DNA of 64,000 bases, taken from Pocillopora damicornis (lineage: Eukaryota). Shown here piece after piece: positions 37,601 to 50,290 of this stretch. The stretch lies in NCBI RefSeq assembly GCF_003704095.1, contig NW_020845387.1, positions 186,001 through 250,000 of the forward strand. Reading direction: 5' to 3'. Made by a program: the position numbers and the translations under genes. The notes below the pieces were generated by a model that saw only the letters and a list, made by a program, of their open reading frames with translations, did not search any database and was not told the origin of the DNA. Each line of letters starts with the position of its first letter. The first letter of the stretch is position 1.

Positions 37601-40600
37601 TAAAATGAACTTCTGTGGCCCCTGCATCTTCTGCATTTTGAATAATCTCTTTAAGTATTCCAACATCACACGGATAAGCTTCCAGTACTCTTTTTAGTCG
37701 ATCTGTTAGGCGTTCACTCTGACCAAAGGGCTTTCCTATACGATGAGAATACTTGTCCAGCTTTTGTTCTCGCATAGTTTGAGCTCCTAACCTGTGGGCT
37801 AACATTGCGGAAATATCACTGTGAATACATTTCGTTTGCCCACAGGAGTCCAGCCAAGGTGTGTCGTTGATTGTTAGTTCTCCTACAGGCGTGAGCACCA
37901 AATCCACATCTGGTAAGGGGAGCTGACCGCAATAAGAACTCAGAGCATCTTCATCCATCGAGGCAATATCTTCCAAGAAAGATTTTACAGTCCTAAACTC
38001 TTGAATCGTGAGAGGTTCGCCATCTTTTCTCTCAGCAAGAACAAATAATGCATCGACCATGTCCTCACCGGAAAACGATTCTCTGACTCCAAGTGCTCTA
38101 AAGAGATCTTTGAATTTTATGGTGTAGTCATCGGGAAGGCAATAAAGAAAAGGATCCCCATGACTTTTCCATGAAAAGGCAACTTGATCAGAAGTTACAA
38201 ACTTGCCTTCCACAAATATCCATGGCTTTCCATGGAGAAGGTTTTGAATAACTTGCTTGTCTGAGGTGTTTAATCTCTCTTGTAGGAACTGGTAAACGGC
38301 AGTAGAAACCCTCCTGGCACATTCTCTGCTGGCCGCATCATGCGCAACGAGACCTTGTACAGCGGAGTGGAGTTGCAGAAGGACATCATTGACGGTCAGA
38401 CGCTGATCACCAAGCCTTAACAGCCTAGAGACATCTTTGCTCACACGGTCACATCCGGTCTCTGAAGATTCGTCTAAGATTGGGAGTACCGCTCCTATTA
38501 AATATGTGGAGTCATCACGTCGTAGCTCTCTGGCTGAAAACAATTTTTTTGCACTTCCCTCTGATCCCTTCCACGGCAGGTGATACCCTGTTGGTCTATC
38601 CATAGCAGGAAGAAAACAAATTTCTGACAATTGTTTCCTTTGTTGAGTTCCTGGTGGAGATAGCTTGCTTGAGTTGTCATTCAAATATTTGATTAAGTTC
38701 CTCGACATCGGCAGAGCTTTTTCATAATTAACAGTGGCTAACGTTGCAATGAACGTGGCTCTCTCGCAGATTCTTTCCCACGGTAATAAAGCCTCTACCA
38801 TCCCAAGGTTTCTCAAGGCAACGAGTCGTTCTGCTCTTAGGAAACCTGATCCAGTTGGGAAGATGTGCTCCTCTTCAAGAAATAAGCTGCTAGCAGCTCC
38901 AGTAGGGTCAATCAGTTCACCGGGCCGAGACCTATGGCAACCATCTGGTGATGTTGGGATACATCGATATCCTCGCAAGATTTTCTCGTACTTGTACGAT
39001 CCTCTAAGGTATTCATCCATAACATGACATGTTATTGGATCCTTCAGACTGTTCGGCAACCTGTCAATTGCCGGAAAAAAGATGTCGCAAACAAATTTGT
39101 CCATGGTAACAGTTTGTGCAGCAATTTCTTGTGTGGCACTTCTTTCAAAGCCGTTCGTAGCAAATTTTGGCAGTTGAATTACGTTGAAGCCGCATGTGCG
39201 CATTATTGGAGAACTCTCCGGTAACCGTGAGACATCCTCTTCTAAAAAGACGCAATCTTTGAACGATACCCATTGTGACTGACTTCTCAAAAGAGTTCCT
39301 GTACTATTTGCTATATTCTGATAAACAGTACAGGCAAACTTTATCCAAGTCTTGGAAGGAGCTTTTTCTGGGTCCGGCCAAAGGATGTCAAATGGAAATT
39401 CCACTATCTTTCCCTGTCTCTGTAGACTAACAATTTCTACCAGGAGTTGAACGTAAGCCTTTGAAGCGGCGTCTTCAAGGAGACTTTGGTTCCAAAGTAC
39501 TTCAATCGGTTTTCTTGACGGTGGACTCTCTTTCGTATCTTCCCATAAACTACGGCGATTTGTCGTCACAGCAAAGTAGCCGTTTACGTGAACTGGAAAA
39601 CCTGTTTCTACTCCCAGAGGTAGACCAAGGAATACTTCTCCCACTGTTTTCTTAGGGCTCCATCGCTTAGCTTCGTCGTTGTCTGATAGTAGGGCAGCGA
39701 CTTCAGCTTTAGGCAACAAGCCATTTAGCTTTCCATCTTCTGTGTTGGCCATCTCGAGCGATTTTCTTTCACCGTAACATGACGTGATCAACCAAACTTC
39801 AGTGTTTCGTTGGTTTCTTGAGGACTGTAATGAACTATTTGGGAAGGCTTGAAATTTCATAAACACTACTCTAGAGGAGTCGACAAGGTGTTGGTGTTGG
39901 TGCCGTTCAAAGACCCAGCTGCCATTAAGATCGCTTTCGCGGATTCCTTGGTTATTGTTTTTCTCTGACGTCAGCCTGTCTGCTGGGATGCCTGTTGACG
40001 GCAACGTCAACAATATGTCCTTTTCCACCTCAAACACTGCATTGGGTAAGGATGGGTTCTGATCGTACGCTATTTGAAAGAAACTTATCTTGCAAACACT
40101 CTGTAGAAAGAGCAACATCTTTGATGCGTTTTCCTGAAATGCTGAAATCAATTGGGTGAACTGCTGCTCGTTATAGAACTTGTTGCAAATCTCGCTGTCA
40201 CTGGCCTGTCTCATGGTTCTTAAAGGAAACCTGAATAGGGTTCCGTCATAAAAAAATGACCGATCATTCTTATCAATTGTGCATCCAAAGACTCCTTGAT
40301 AAGGCTTAAACTGATCAGAGAACGCACTCAGTGCCACTGCATTGTTCCTAAGATTCAAACGAATGCCGGGACGAGATTTGTCCTTGATGAGGTCTCCTAA
40401 ATGAGTTGTTTCTGGGTCAAAAAAGGCAATGAACTCACGGCTGATGAAACTAGGAAGGTCAGTTATATTGTAAGCAGTACAAAATCCAATTCCGAAACGG
40501 CCTAGCTTGTCTTTATTCCCTATCTTGGTAGCTCCTGCCAGTTTGTTTATATTCTCGAAGTCTTTATCTGTAAAGAGGGCGTCGTTGTAAATCCACAGGG

Positions 40601-43600
40601 CTGGCCCTTGCATCTCGGCCATACCAGGTGCCAGTAGCTTCTCTGCACTGCTGTACCTCCAGTCAAGAAGGAACTTGACCTCTGTTGCTCCTGCGTCGTC
40701 TGCGTTCTGAATCAACTCTTTGAAAGTCGCCATCTCGTCGTTGTGATCCTTAAGGATGTTTCTTAATCTTGTTGTTACTGGTTCATACGGTCCACTCTGC
40801 TGAAATCCAAGGGGCTCCGTTACTGCCAATTTCCTACTTAACGGGGGTGTTCCAAGAAGCCGAGCAGTTTCAGTTGAAATGGTTTTGTGCACTATGAAGG
40901 CAACTTCGGAAATACTGGTATCACTCTTTCCTAGTCTCAACCACTCTGCATCGCAATAGCTCACATCAGTGGATGGCTGAAGAATGAGTCTGTCTTCCTC
41001 AGCTTGGATGGGTACTAAAACTCTCTTACGGATGTCAGAGGAAAGGCGAGATCCGTCCTTGGTCAAAAAGTCTAGGACGTCACGAGACAGGCGGAGATCG
41101 CGTTTCACTTCCTCTAAGGGACGCTTTTTCTCCAAGTGCCAATCTCGAATCATGTGCAAGACCTCTAGGGCTGATGTGGCATTGAAAGTGTCTAACACAC
41201 CACAACGTTTGAAAAAGGAAGAGTAGCCTTGGAAATCTTCAGATAAGACAAATATGTAGGGTCTTAAATCCAAGGCACACTCGCTTCTCATAGCAACACA
41301 GGTAGGTTTAGCAAACCCTGAACCATGCCATATCCATGGCAGAAACGAATGCTCTTTGAGAACTAATACTGCTTCGGCTGTCACAATTTCGCTGGACAGA
41401 TGATTGTAGATATCCTTCAGCATTCCCTGGAACTTCAGTAACTCAATTTCAGATGTTTTGTGTACTTGTTGCTGCCAAGTAGTTATGGCACCTTTCAGTT
41501 GGTCTAGAACATAGGAAATTGGGGGAGGAAAAGACCATCCAAAAGCCTTTTTAAGCTTGTCTTCCAGACTTCCGCGAAGAATCGGCATAGATGAACCAAT
41601 GATATTTACCATGTCCGCATCTCTCATATCTTTAGGAGGGTAGAGTCTTCTCGCTACGCCAAACCAGGCCATGCATTGTGGGTATTTACTTAGGGGTTCT
41701 TTGGACGCGGGTAGCCAGGGTAAGCTTGACAGAACGCTGCCCAAGGGTACTTTCTTTGCGGACCCAGAGCTTTCTTCCAACAAGACCTCGTTCTCAACCA
41801 GGTACGCATTATCATTCAGGAACTGAAGCAATGCCTCGGCTCTTTTGAGAGCAGACTGTTCAGGAGCTGCCGTGATTTGCTTTGCGATCAAAAGAATATC
41901 TTTGGCTTCTAAGGAACGACTTCGCCGCAGGCCCAAGAACACTCGAAGCAAGCTTAGTGCATGAGCTTTGGCAAACTCTGAAGCAGGAAATACGTCGGGT
42001 TCGCCTTGAAATAGTTTCTGAATGATTTCATCTTCCGGGTCGTATAACTCAGAAGGTGCTTTGAGGGACCCGTTCGCAACCGGAACAAACCGCACATTCT
42101 TGAGATGATCCGGGAAAGTTTTGTTGTCGCTCGATAGAGCGGGAAGTCTCTGTATCACCCAAAACATCAGGTTAGAGACTTCCTCTCGAGTGTAGAATCC
42201 TCCACTTTCTATGTAAGGAAATATCTTGTCAATCAAAAAGTCGGAAGTGCTTAGAATTCGAACGGGAAGTCGCCGCAGTAGCTGGTACGAGTCATCATCA
42301 GTGGCAGAAAGTATCTCATGTGAGCAGTGAATCTTTGTACTCGATGGTAGATGTAACCGAGGCGGGGCAACATCAAGTTTTGTTCCTGATAAGGGTCCTA
42401 CTGGCTGAACTGCTGTGAAGGTCGTCCCATCCATTGCCTGAAAGATTGGCAACGTCATTAAGGCTACCACTTCATCATCAGTAGGATTTCTTAGACTGGA
42501 CAAGAATGCTCTGATGGCCACTTTTTCTTCAATAGTACAGCTGGCGAGATTGTCATTCCCTGGTTCATTCATGACCGTTGCTAGAACTTTTAGTACACCT
42601 GAGGCAGTTGGCGGCTCGATGTAGTGTTTTAAGGCAGCGTGGTCACAGAATGGGGGGAGGTGAGGAAGAACGATGCAACCTGCCTTTTGAAGTGCACTCA
42701 CCACGTTCCGCGGTAAAGATGCGAAATAGGATGAACTCTGAATCAGGCAGTGGTCCTTTTTCAGTCTGATAAGATATCGTTTCTCGGACCTTCCTTCCAC
42801 TAAGGGGATGAGAGGAATTCCTTCGAAAGGAGTGAGATCTTTGGGAAATTCTGTTTTGAGCCAAGACCATAGACCACGTAGCCATAAATCATCAGGTAAG
42901 GATTCATCTTTAGGATCCCAAGACACAACTGTGGAACTGATCCCCCAAGCTTTAGGTATGCTTTCGCGAACCAGCTTTGGCACGAGAGAGGGTGATAGGT
43001 TTACTAGCTGTGTAGGCCCTAAGCGCTTACTTTCCATTTCCCCTGCCAGAGAACGTAATATGTCAAGTACACCTTTTTCGATGTTTTCATCCAAGAATCT
43101 CCCATTGCTCCCGGGAATGAGACTTCGTGGGTGGTTTCGAGACCCAATGAGTACACAGTTATCTGGATTATAATCATGAACGTCAGTTCGAAAATCTCTA
43201 AAGGTGTCATTAGCAATAGGCAATAGGGAAAGACCAGCCAAGTCCGTGAAGTTACGATCCATCAGAATGAATTCTAAGAGACACAATTTCTCATTTCTGG
43301 TAAGGTGTTCTAAAGACATTTTTCCAAGTCTTTCTGACACCTTACGATCTTCGCTGCCTACTCCCTTGAGTCCGTGGATGCAAGAGGTTTCAATGGAAGG
43401 GCTTCGAGGGGACTCTTTGGTATTCTCTCTGTTCTGGAGCGCGGAACGATCCCCCCTTAGCACGGCACGTACATATGAGGGCGTAATGTCTTTAGGCCTC
43501 CTCACTTGATGTTCTGCATATTCTTCGACGGCCTTTATTGCCTGCCGCGGAAGGAATATTACTGGCTCGTTCGCCTGAAGAAGTATGTCCACTACAACCT

Positions 43601-46579
43601 CACGAACCTCGTCACGAACCTTCTTCGGAGAAAATTCCATACGGTCCAAAATTCCCTCTTCGAAAGAAATCCATCTTCCGCCAAGAGATGGGGTCCAAAA
43701 GACCGCTTGATCAGCCAGAGCTGCGAAGAAAGGCTTTAATAGAGCTTTCCACTGGCCTTGAACAGAATCAATATCTGGCCAAACGTTGTCAACTATAGGA
43801 AGCAAATCTTGACCAGGGGTCTGCGATCGAGTGAGTGCAACGACCAGGCTAGCATAAGCTTTACTCAAGACCTCGCGGGTGAGACAGATGTTCCATTCTG
43901 CTGCTTCATCGCTTTGGCTTTCCGTACCGGGCCACTTCAGATTTCTACGATTATCCGTAAGACCAAAGGCACCATGAACATGAACAGGAAGACCTGACTT
44001 GCATTCGGAGTCGGTAGGTAAGGGAAGATAACAAAAGACGCGACCATTTACCTTATTGGTATTCCCATCAGGTGTATCCAGTGATGCTGCAACTCCGGCC
44101 CATGGAACAATGCCAAGAGATGAAGAAAGCTCAGCCATATGCATGCTTTCATGTCCAACCCTATTTAAGACCATGAACTTGAATTGTTGTTGAGAATTTT
44201 CGGGCCGGTTAATCTCTATTACCGTCTCGTAACTCATTTCAAAGGGTCTGGATAGAAAACCAGAGGCCTCTTCGACGAATTTGCACTTCAACTCTTTAAC
44301 TGTTTCTCGAAACTCCTCCTTCACTTGGACAGAAAAAATCATCTTTTCCTTCCCAGTCCAGCTGGTTTCGTAGATACTTACAATTTCTACATTCTTTAGA
44401 AAAAGCAAAATTACAGGAGCTTCTTCTATGAACGATTCAAAAAGATTATTGATTTTTCCTGCTGTGTAAGGCTTGACCGAAATCTTAGATGGCCATTTTC
44501 TCAAAGGGAGACGAAATAGAGTCCCTTCAAAAAATCCAGAGGAGATTTTGCAACTCAGGACGTTTTCGTAAGGCGAAAACTGATCTCGGTACTGATATGT
44601 TAGGGGCTCTCGAATATCGAACCTCCTACCAGTTTCTCCAGCCCCAAAATATGTCTCTTGAGGATCGAGAAAAGCAACGTGATGGCCACTGACAACACTT
44701 GGTAAATCTAAGGAGAACAAATATTGCAATTTAGTATTTGCAAGCAAAGCACGTTGTCCTGCACTAGGAAATGCAATATGCTTTACAGAGAAAAAGCTGA
44801 AACCATTTTTAACTCATCAAGGGTAAGGGATACAATAGCGCTGTCAGGTTATAGGAGCAGGTTAATCGAGGATTAATTTTCACCGTTATCGTCATAAGTT
44901 TAAATTCAGAATGAAATCCTGGTTTCTTGATTGGTAACAGTATAGGAAATTTAAATGGTGGCAAATTTTAGTGTCGTATTTAAATGTTTTTCTTCTCTGA
45001 GCAAGACTCTCTGAGACTGTTAGGTTTTGTCAACTTGTTAAGTTTAGGACCCTTGTTATCTCTTTGCCAGCCATACCTGTCACGTGATAAACTGAGTTGA
45101 ACCCAACCCCAAAGCGACCTGCTGCCACTGGGTCTTTTTTCTTGGATCCCTGCATGATGCTCTCAATTCCAGTCCAGTCTTTTTGTTTAAAGAGGGCATT
45201 GTTGTAAACGTATAGAGCTGGGCCTTGAAATTTGGACAAACCCACATTGATAAGGGTAGATGTCCCAAATGCATTGTCACGTGAATCAAACAAAAGTTTC
45301 ACTTCAGTTGCGCCTGCGTCGTCAGCATTTTGAATCAGTTCCTGGAAGACAAATTCAGAGTATTAACGGAGCAAGTAGACTTCCTCACCTTGAAGACTCT
45401 GCTTTAGCTTACTTTAATAAATCATTATTTATCGACATTAAAGAGGCATATAGAGGAAGCTAATTTGTAATCTGCCTTCGAGTCACATCGCTCAGCTCGT
45501 GCGCAAGACTTACACATATCCACTGGAAAATTCTTTGTAATCGTTACTCAGAGACAAAAAAATGAATGTCTTACGTTCGTTTTAGTCTATTGATAGCCAT
45601 GTCTATGTTGGTAGAGTACAGCGTCTGAGGTGTGTCCTTTTTAAGAATTGTTTTATTACGTTGTGATCGTTCTTTTTTGTAGGTAACTGAAGGCTTAAAT
45701 GTACTTCACTTATAGACTTTACTTCATATCAATGGCATACGATAACACATTGTCACTTATAATGAGGCCACATTTCCACAAAAGTTTGACATCTTTTACC
45801 GAACGAACATTCAAATATTCTTGATTGTTCGCAACGTAACTATCTTTACCACTTAATTATTTCGAACGAACATCGATTTTAATGACTGCGTGCATATTTG
45901 CCACCGGTATCAACGGTAACTAATTACCATATCGATACATATCTTGAAGTTGTTCGTTGATAAAATGAAATTATTTTTTATCTTTCAAAAGTACCTACTT
46001 TTAGTATCTGTCCCCCATCTGGATATCCTTCAAGGACTCGTTTAAGAACGACGGTGAGAGAAGGTCTTCTTTGACCGTAAGATTGCCCTGTAAACAACAA
46101 CATAATGCTTGTCGTTCATTGCACTTTTTCAACATGGCGGAGGAATACTTGAACGCGTTGTCGTATAACGGATACAAATCATAACAGATCACTGATTTGT
46201 TGACTTCTACCTTTTGGACCGCTAAGAAAACAGATATTAAAGGCCTTTTAACGAAGCGAAAGTAGTTCGAGATAGAGCCTTAAACCAATTGCGGTCAAAA
46301 TCGATCGAGCGAAGAAAATTTCCCTGATTCTAAACTTAAAATGCTAATAACATTTGGTGAAAACAGAAGGACATGCAAAGCTTACATGGAGACTATTTTT
46401 CATATGTGCAGAAGATTTAGTTACAAGAAATTATGAAATTCATTACACTTTTTGTCGACGGAATCTAGACTCACAAATGAGGTATGGATCCATCTACTGT
46501 TTCGGAAAATCCGAAACGCCTGCAATGTTTTGTCATGGTAAACAATTTACTTACTTCGAGTTCTACGTGACTGCGACAT
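31698..46579 (-). CDS. SACS: Sacsin-like protein, 4462 aa (3 SRR/Hsp90-like ATPase repeats, J domain, HEPN)
   Basis: Exons 46579-46555, 46087-45999, 45341-45077, 44707-31698 (13,010 nt). Three E(L/I)IQNA(D/E)DAGA ... G(R/K)(F/Y)G(V/I)GF units; YPDGGQILK; RLFLRWHPDKN; C-terminal AKRWMKQA...QQATEK...THD...TRYP. One-to-one orthology to vertebrate SACS is not established. Confidence 0.93.
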
Positions 46580-49500
46580 CCCTCGGTAAACTAACCTACG
46601 ATTATTGTCTGTTTCTCAGCCGTGCGAGCAAATGTTCTGAAGTGGCATGTTCCAGATAACGGAGCAGTGTTCGCTTCACCAATCATGGTGAACTTTGGAT
46701 AAATATTTGTGGTGTTTAGAGCTTGGTTTGAAATGCCAGTCGTTCGTTAACCCCTATTTTTGATTGGTTGTTTACCTTCAGTGTCATAAATAATGAACAT
46801 CTGACAACAGTGAATTTTAATTCAAACAGTTTAACCGCGTTCTGCCAATATTCATCAATTTGGATCTTGGAATTTTTGCTTTTCCCCTTAGATTGACAAT
46901 GCTGAGCAAAATTAAGCGGATCTACTTCAAATTTTCCTTTAAACTTTAAAGCACAGTTACGTATTTAACGCCATAACGAGTATTTTCCTTGAACAATAGA
47001 ATGAAAGCCTAAATGAAGACTTTTTTTTAATAATTTACTCAACCTTCTATGAAAAACTAAGACTTCATTGTTTTGTAAACCAGAAGAATTAATTTTACTA
47101 TCAAAAATATATTTTTGGAATTCAATGTTGATCATTGCAGCTCTGAAAATAGCCCGAGGCGATTTCAACCCAATTAAAAGTGAGTAACATAGTGCGATAA
47201 ATTCTAGAAGGACCCAGATTTTGCATCAGTAACCTTAGATTAAAAGGTGCCACAGAATACACTGAAATCGCATGTTAAAAGCAGTAGCATGAAGATTGTG
47301 AGATATTTTAAAGCAAGTTAGTGCTTTAAAGGCACGACTTGATCTTTCGTAGAAAAGTTTGGGAAAAGCATTTTAGTCCCTGGTTAACTGTAATTTGATG
47401 AGGGCTTTAATTCACGATCGCGCACCTACTGAAAGTGTCAATTGAAAATGTAAATTAACTTTCAATAGTTACAGTTTGAATCACACTAATTTTTCGTTGA
47501 TTGACCGCAACTCGCAGAATATTCAAGATTTCGAGAATGAACGAGATCGCTTTTGGGATAATTACAGGTTTGATTCGAGAGAAGATCGAAAGTTCTCAAG
47601 AAAATTAAGTGCATCAGATCACTGAACGCAGAATAATAGTAATAATAATAACAACAACAATAGGAATATAATTCTTGCCGAAAGCATGCAGAATTAAAAT
47701 TTTGAAATTACCCATGACATTTGAGTCTCCGTCCATCACTCTAACTGGCCTCTAACATGAAGTCTTCTCATCCACTGATTCAGTGAACTCGTTACAAAGG
47801 TTGATCTAAATGGAAAGATGACAGCACTACGTTAGCCTGTTGGGAATAACTAAAATCTGTACTTTTTGTTGAGTGTTAACTCTTGAGATCAGACGGCCGC
47901 ATCTGAAATGTTTTCTCCTCGAGAAAAACCCTAAAACTCTGCAAGAGTTTGTTTTGGTTTGCTTGTCGATTTGAAGTTATCGTAGTGCATACGACACGCT
48001 AGATATAGGGACTGACTCGTTTCCTTAAAGCAATCGACTGTGAAAATGTCGAGTAAACAGCAGATTTTTATCTTTGTACAACTTGCAAATCATAACGTAC
48101 CACAACTAAATAACGACTTGTGTACTTATTTTCTTTCCTTATTGAACTCTTTGATATCTTCCGCCATGATTTTGTTCACTTAATGATTCATCTCAAGCGA
48201 ATTAAAAATTGTGCTATGTGAGGCGGTACACAATGACTTTCAGACATCGATGAAAACAGTTCTTCATACCTTCGAAAGAAAATGCATTTTGTAAAAGTCT
48301 GCCTACAGTAAGGCGTTACTTTTGCTTCGAGTAGAAAATTGTCCACCAACTCAAGAAACTCTGGATTTTGTAATTTTGTCTTCCTTGATAACAAGCTTAT
48401 TTCTTGGCTGAACTTTGACAAAACCTTCAGTACTGACAAATAACCGTTTATTTATATGTCGATTTGTCAGTGAACGAGTTACAATAAGCGCTCTCAATGG
48501 TGGGTCCTTTTGTGAACTCACCCAGATCTGAACAAAGCGAAGAACAAAGCCAGACTTAAGCTCGCCATAAGCTTCTCTCATACTTTGCATATTTTCTAGT
48601 TTACGCAGAGTAAGAAAAAAACACTGTCTCAAAGCGGTTCAGAGTTACAAATAAAATTTTACGATAAAAAGTATTAGGCTGAGTATTATATATTTAAAAG
48701 GTATAACTATCGAAAAAGTGACCTCCATCTGAATATTTTATACTTGAATTCCCATTTGAGTTTCAAAGTTTCTGTTTTTGTGAGTTTATTCCAAAACATT
48801 CCGCAAGTTCACTGCTGTGCCACGTTTTAGGGTGTGTGAATCTTGCGTAATTCCTCTGTTCAAACAGAAAAACGTCACAAATTCCTTTCATTTATTTCCC
48901 ATAAGTTAATCGGATTATGACTGGGGCGCCTAGTAAGAGTTAAAGTTGTGAGCAGAAGGAGCAGTTGACATGATATGCCATCCTTCTAATTAACGGTGAC
49001 AAACGTCGGCCAAATTTCTATTTAAGTAGCACTCAGTCAGAGTCCTCTTTCTTGTCGAATCATGACTTTTTTCTCTATTGCCTATCATTTGGTGTTCAGG
49101 CTCTGTCTGAATTCGTGCATAACTAAACTTGAGTAGCTTTGTTTGCAGTTGATCAGGTACACTTTCCAGTAATATGCAAAAGCTGAGATTTTTACCTTGT
49201 CAGTACTGTCACAAAGGGCCCCTGTGAGAAAATAATACCTTCCCACCTGTGTCACGAGCGAAGTTTGATTCAACTCGGAGTTCTTAACACTCAATTCTTA
49301 TATCTATTTACAGTTATTTAATGTTAAAAATCAATAACGAATCGAAGACATTGTCTTATTTCTGAAAAGTGAAAAATATACACAAAAAGATAAATTCCAT
49401 CTACTTTTGTCAGAATAAAATGCTCCCTGTTTAGAATTACCAACCATTTTTTTGTATTGTTATACAAGGCGATTTCGAAAAAGTTCTGTGTACTCTGAAA

Positions 49501-50069
49501 AATAGAAAAGATGCCGCTTGCCGCGCAAACACATAAAGCTAAATTATGCGCTGAATCCTGTTACTGCTTACCTGCTTGCGAACTACAATTTTCTTTTCTC
49601 TTCCCCTGAATATGAACTTAGCGAGCCTCGAATCTTGATTTCTCCTCTGACAGCAGAGATAGGAATTATTTAAAAAGAGCGAAACGGTGAGCTCATAACT
49701 CAGTCATTTCGTTAATTTCAGCGTGTGAAAAAAGTTTTTTTGAATTTACAGCCTTTATTGTAAATGTTTATATTGTGCCTATGCTTTGTGTTTGCCGACT
49801 TCCTAGGCTTGTGTATTCCCTTGGTAATTCACTTAACGGTACTTTTGTCGAAAAAATTATTGAATTTTAAAAAGACCAGGAGGTCAGGGAGACCGGTAAA
49901 ATGCAAATCAAACTGATCTGGAGGCGGTTGATGCCCATTAATATCACGAACTGAATTATTTCGAAGAGTCAGAAGCTTCTCGTACACTTGGATATTTAAC
50001 ACTTCCTTTTTTTTCAGCAAAGAATTTAGTGAGATACGATCGACACACGACGAGGTTTTAAAAACAGGG

Positions 50070-50290
50070 CGCTTTTCTATCGTATGTCGTTGCGTCAAAA
50101 CCCGAGAAATCCCAGCAGCCAATCAGAGCAAAACTAAGCATCACGTGGACCGATGGAAACCCGGAGCAAATTCATGTTAACTACCCGAGCGCGGGAAAAC
50201 GCGGCACCATGTCGCCACTGGCCTTTTTCTTTTTTATCTTATTGGTTGAGAAGGTGGTGCGAATGATTTCAGACCAATCACAGCGCGATG
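50070..50290. repeat. Dispersed non-autonomous repeat (CCAAT-rich family), copy 2, inverted relative to 13115-13375
   Basis: agcgcgggaaaacgcg, attggttgag and gaccaatca blocks are shared in reverse complement. Confidence 0.65.

Noticed and set aside
32094-44692. Many 60-145 aa ORFs antisense or out of frame within sacsin
   Set aside because: Expected shadow ORFs of a long, more GC-rich coding exon; no recognisable motifs.
44708-44747. ORF-track start of the 4349-aa ORF (MLANTK...)
   Set aside because: Non-ATG start inside an intron; the exon begins at the acceptor at 44707.
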